From an uncultured Alphaproteobacteria bacterium (GTDB lineage: Bacteria; Pseudomonadota; Alphaproteobacteria; Methylaequorales; Methylaequoraceae): a stretch of 63,244 nt of DNA. The translations under genes were made by a program, and so were the position numbers. Below are positions 60,305 to 63,244 of the stretch, piece after piece. Location: assembly GCA_902526865.1 (NCBI GenBank), contig CABZMK010000005.1, forward strand, positions 1 to 63,244, written 5' to 3'. Each line of letters starts with the position of its first letter. Positions within the stretch are counted from its first letter, which is position 1. A model generated the notes under the pieces. That model did no database searches. It was not told the origin of the DNA and was given only the letters and a program-made list of their open reading frames with translations.

Positions 60305-61612
60305 ATGGAAAATTTAAAAACTAATATATTATCAAGTCATCCAAGCGGACTAACAACTCTTTTTCTTACTGAGTTGTGGGAGAGATTTAGTTATTACGGA
60401 ATGCGTGCTATACTGGTTTTGTATTTAGTTTCTGAAACAAACTCGACAAATCCTGGGTTAGGTTGGTCTAATTATGATGCCATAAAGTTGTATGGCTGGT
60501 ATACAGCCTTCGTTTATCTAGCTTGTATTCCAGGAGGAATTATAGCTGACAAACTCATCACAAGTGAAAAGGCTGTTTTCTGGGGAGGAGCTTTATTATG
60601 TTTAGGTCATTTAGCACTTGCAATCGACAACATAAATTTTTTCTATATTGGTTTAATATTAATTGTGCTTGGAGTTGGCCTTTTAAAACCAAGCATTTCA
60701 ACTCTTGTGGGATCTTTATATACACAAAAAGACATAAGAAGAGATCAAGGCTTTACATTATTTTACATTGGAATCAATATTGGGGCCTTCCTTGCGAGTT
60801 TAATTGTAGGATATGTTGGCGAGACTTATGGCTGGCATTACGGTTTTTCTTTAGCAGGTTTAGGAATGATAATTGGACAGGTAACTTTCTTTTGCGGGAG
60901 AAAAAATTTTAAAAATGTTAAAAAAGAAAAAAAGGTATTTAAATACAAAAAGGTCAATAGATTTGAATTCGATAGAATAAAATTAATTGTTTTAGCCAGT
61001 TTTATACTTATTATTTTCTGGGCATCTTTTGAGCAAGCTGGAGGACTTATGAATATCTTTGCATATCAAAAAACAGATAGATTTATTGGATTCTTAAATT
61101 TTGAGGTACCAGCAAGTTGGTTTCAGTCAATCAATCCTTTGATGATAATTTTCCTAGGTTTTTCTGTAGCACAGTTTTGGTTTTTTATTGAGAAAAAAAA
61201 AATTATAATTTCTTCTATTTTTAAAATTTCTACAGGTTTAATAATTATGGGATTAGGATTTGTATTTATGTTTTTTGCTGCTCTTGAGTATGAAGTTTTG
61301 GGAAAATCCTCAATGTATTGGCTTGTATTAGCATACTTATTTCATACAGTTGGAGAGTTATGCGCATCTCCTGTTATATTGTCCTATATTACTAAGTTGT
61401 CGCCACAAAGACTCGTTTCGTCAATTATGGGTATTTATTTTGCTGCTATTGGAATAGGAAATAAATTAGCAGGGACCATTGGTCAAAATTCGGAGAAATT
61501 CGGAGAAAAATTTATTTTTATAAGTATCACTTTGGTATGTATTATAGTTGGATTCACTGTAATTTTATTTAGTAGAAAACTTTCTAAATTATCCCACGGT
61601 CTAGATAATTGA
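60305..61612 (+). CDS. Proton-dependent oligopeptide transporter (POT/PTR family MFS)
   Basis: FLTELWERFSYYGMRA (ExxERF motif), GVGLLKP, FYIGINIGA, FEQAGG and FQSINP. Confidence 0.95.
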   Translation: MENLKTNILSSHPSGLTTLFLTELWERFSYYGMRAILVLYLVSETNSTNPGLGWSNYDAIKLYGWYTAFVYLACIPGGIIADKLITSEKAVFWGGALLCLGHLALAIDNINFFYIGLILIVLGVGLLKPSISTLVGSLYTQKDIRRDQGFTLFYIGINIGAFLASLIVGYVGETYGWHYGFSLAGLGMIIGQVTFFCGRKNFKNVKKEKKVFKYKKVNRFEFDRIKLIVLASFILIIFWASFEQAGGLMNIFAYQKTDRFIGFLNFEVPASWFQSINPLMIIFLGFSVAQFWFFIEKKKIIISSIFKISTGLIIMGLGFVFMFFAALEYEVLGKSSMYWLVLAYLFHTVGELCASPVILSYITKLSPQRLVSSIMGIYFAAIGIGNKLAGTIGQNSEKFGEKFIFISITLVCIIVGFTVILFSRKLSKLSHGLDN

Positions 61613-61617
61613 TTTAT

Positions 61618-61694
61618 GCGCCCGTAGCTCAACTGGATAGAGCATTTGATTTCGGCTCAAAAGGTTAAGGGTTCGAATCCTTTCGGGCGCGCCA
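61618..61694 (+). tRNA. tRNA-Arg(UCG)
   Basis: 77 nt GCGCCCG-TA-GCTCAACTGGATAGAGC-A-TTTGA-TTTCGGC-TCAAA...GGGTTCGAATCC...CGGGCGC-G-CCA; A20 arginine identity element present. Confidence 0.92.
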
Positions 61695-61736
61695 CTTTAT
61701 TTTTGATTTGAAACTAATGTTCAATTTTATTAATTA

Positions 61737-61973
61737 TTGAATATGGAAATTTTAATAAAAAGTAATGACCAGATTTATATAAGTTGGATAAAAAGTATTT
61801 TAAAAGCTCACAATATTGAATACTTTACTTTTGATGAAGAGATGTCAATAACAGAGGGAAACATAACAGCGATACCAATAAGAATACTTGTCAACGAGAA
61901 CCAACTTTCCAGAGCATTGCAAATAATTAAGAATGAAGAAAAACTTAATTCAGCTGAACAAAATAAAAGATGA
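61737..61973 (+). CDS. DUF2007 (putative signal-transducing) protein
   Basis: ISWIKSILKAHNIEYFTFDEEMSITEG...IRILV. Confidence 0.8.
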   Translation: MNMEILIKSNDQIYISWIKSILKAHNIEYFTFDEEMSITEGNITAIPIRILVNENQLSRALQIIKNEEKLNSAEQNKR

Positions 61974-62699
61974 TCCATTATCTTTTAACCATCTTTTGTT
62001 TTTACAATAATTAGGATCTTTTTTTTTGACTAGCTCCCAAAATTCCCTTGAGTGGTTTGGAACATTAACATGAGCAAGTTCATGAATTAAAACGTAATCA
62101 ATAACACTCTCAGGTAACATAATTAATTTCCAATTTAAAAAAATATCCCCTTTAATATTACAACTCCCCCATCTAGCAGTGTATGATTTTATTATCAATG
62201 AGTTGAATTTAATACTAATACGTTTAGATAAAAATGACAATCTTGCTCTTAAAAAATTATTAGCATGTAATTTTAGCCACTCAATAATTAATTTCTTACT
62301 TTTTGATTCGTCTAAATAAAATATTTTTAATTCATTGTCCTCGACGGCAATTCCTTCAAAGTTAGATTTCTCGTAAACAAGCTTTAGGACAAGGCCCTTA
62401 AAGGTGATGAACCCATTTGAAATCTGATCAATTTTTTTGTGATTTTTCCTAGACCGATCAATATTTTTATTAATCCATTCCTTTTTTCTTTCAATCAAAT
62501 TCTTAAGAAAGATTTCGGAGGTATTGTACGGACAGGAAACTTCTAGCTCTCCATTTCTTATTTTCAAGGAAATTGATTTGGATCTTCTTGAAGTCCTTAT
62601 GATTTTTATGCCCTGGATTATTTGTATTTTTTTTTTAACTGCTTTTAGTTTTTGACTAAAAATATTCGTATAATTTAATGAAAACAAATTATTTCCCAA
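61950..62699 (-). CDS. M48/SprT-like zinc-dependent metalloprotease domain protein (DUF45, YgjP-like)
   Basis: RWGSC...LNWKL...IDYVLIHELAH...NHSREFW. Confidence 0.9.
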   Translation of the reverse strand: MGNNLFSLNYTNIFSQKLKAVKKKIQIIQGIKIIRTSRRSKSISLKIRNGELEVSCPYNTSEIFLKNLIERKKEWINKNIDRSRKNHKKIDQISNGFITFKGLVLKLVYEKSNFEGIAVEDNELKIFYLDESKSKKLIIEWLKLHANNFLRARLSFLSKRISIKFNSLIIKSYTARWGSCNIKGDIFLNWKLIMLPESVIDYVLIHELAHVNVPNHSREFWELVKKKDPNYCKNKRWLKDNGSSFILFS

Positions 62700-63243
62700 T
62701 TATTTTTGTTATTATTAATTCATTTTTTAACTCTATAAGAGATAGTGAACCATGCTTGATCAATTCCCAATAATTTTTAACCATTTTATCAAAAGGTTCT
62801 TTAGTTAATAAAGATAACATTCCATTAATTGAACCTGCATGACAAACAATTAAAGCATCTTCATTGAATTTAAATATATCTTCTAAGAAACTTTTCAGTC
62901 TTTTCAAAAACTCACTATTACTTTCACCATTAGGAATTTTAAAAGATAAAAGATTATTTTCCCAATCTAGTTTCTCTTTCTTTGAAATAGAACTCATTTT
63001 TTTCATTTCCCAATCACCCAAATTCATTTCCTTAATCCTTTCGTCAACTATGTAGTTTTTTGTCAACTTATTTGTCAATTTTATACATCTTTTCAATGGG
63101 CTGCTATAAACCTTTATGGAGTTAGTATCAATATTAAAATTCTTTATTTTCTTTTGAATTAATTTAACTTCTTCCTCAAACCTATCTGAAACATCTAGAT
63201 CGGTCTGACCATAGAAAACATCGATTTCTACATTTAATGACGT
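62689..63243 (-). CDS. Histidine phosphatase family protein (alpha-ribazole phosphatase CobC-like), 5'-truncated by the window
   Basis: The frame stays open to the window edge (TSLNVEIDVFYGQTDLDV...YSSPLKRC). EMNLGDWE, PNGES and IVCHAGSI present; the catalytic RH motif lies outside the window. Confidence 0.85.
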   Translation of the reverse strand, partial: TSLNVEIDVFYGQTDLDVSDRFEEEVKLIQKKIKNFNIDTNSIKVYSSPLKRCIKLTNKLTKNYIVDERIKEMNLGDWEMKKMSSISKKEKLDWENNLLSFKIPNGESNSEFLKRLKSFLEDIFKFNEDALIVCHAGSINGMLSLLTKEPFDKMVKNYWELIKHGSLSLIELKNELIITKIIGK

Positions 63244-63244
63244 A

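Noticed and set aside
1-63244. CRISPR arrays, IS elements, prophage, rRNA and known defence systems
   Set aside because: No repeat-spacer arrays, transposase, integrase, phage structural or rRNA sequence was recognised. TerB, ExoI and the SprT-like protein are scattered among housekeeping genes and do not form a defence locus.

Overview
AT-rich (roughly 30% GC by eye), very compact chromosomal segment. Genes abut or overlap almost throughout, and gene order is typically alphaproteobacterial: aroA-cmk-rpsA-sppA-ihfB-lapA-pyrF-trpFBA-accD-folC; kdsD-lptCAB-hpf-ptsN; thrS-infC-rpmI-rplT-pheST-lepA; hprK-rapZ-EIIA-HPr/EI-ahcY; tsaE-amgK-murU-trxA; polA. A streamlined marine alphaproteobacterium is inferred; the exact lineage cannot be fixed from this window. 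Three tRNAs are present: Ser-GGA, Ala-GGC and Arg-UCG. I saw no rRNA, CRISPR array, IS element or integrase. The accessory block at about 2.6-12.3 kb is the most interesting part. It holds a TonB-dependent receptor followed by a very acidic double-PepSY protein, which together resemble a LutH/LanA plus lanpepsy (LanP) lanthanide-uptake pair. It also holds an iota-class (COG4337-type) carbonic anhydrase homologue and a small membrane protein with TMEM65-like motifs. Other notable points: an HPr-Enzyme I fusion, exonuclease I in the usual addAB slot, rpoN missing from its usual position, a ROSE-like thermometer before ibpA, and three genes broken in homopolymer runs (lapA-like, trpA, folC), most likely sequencing errors. 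Family assignments rest on motifs recognised by eye and from memory; no searches were run.
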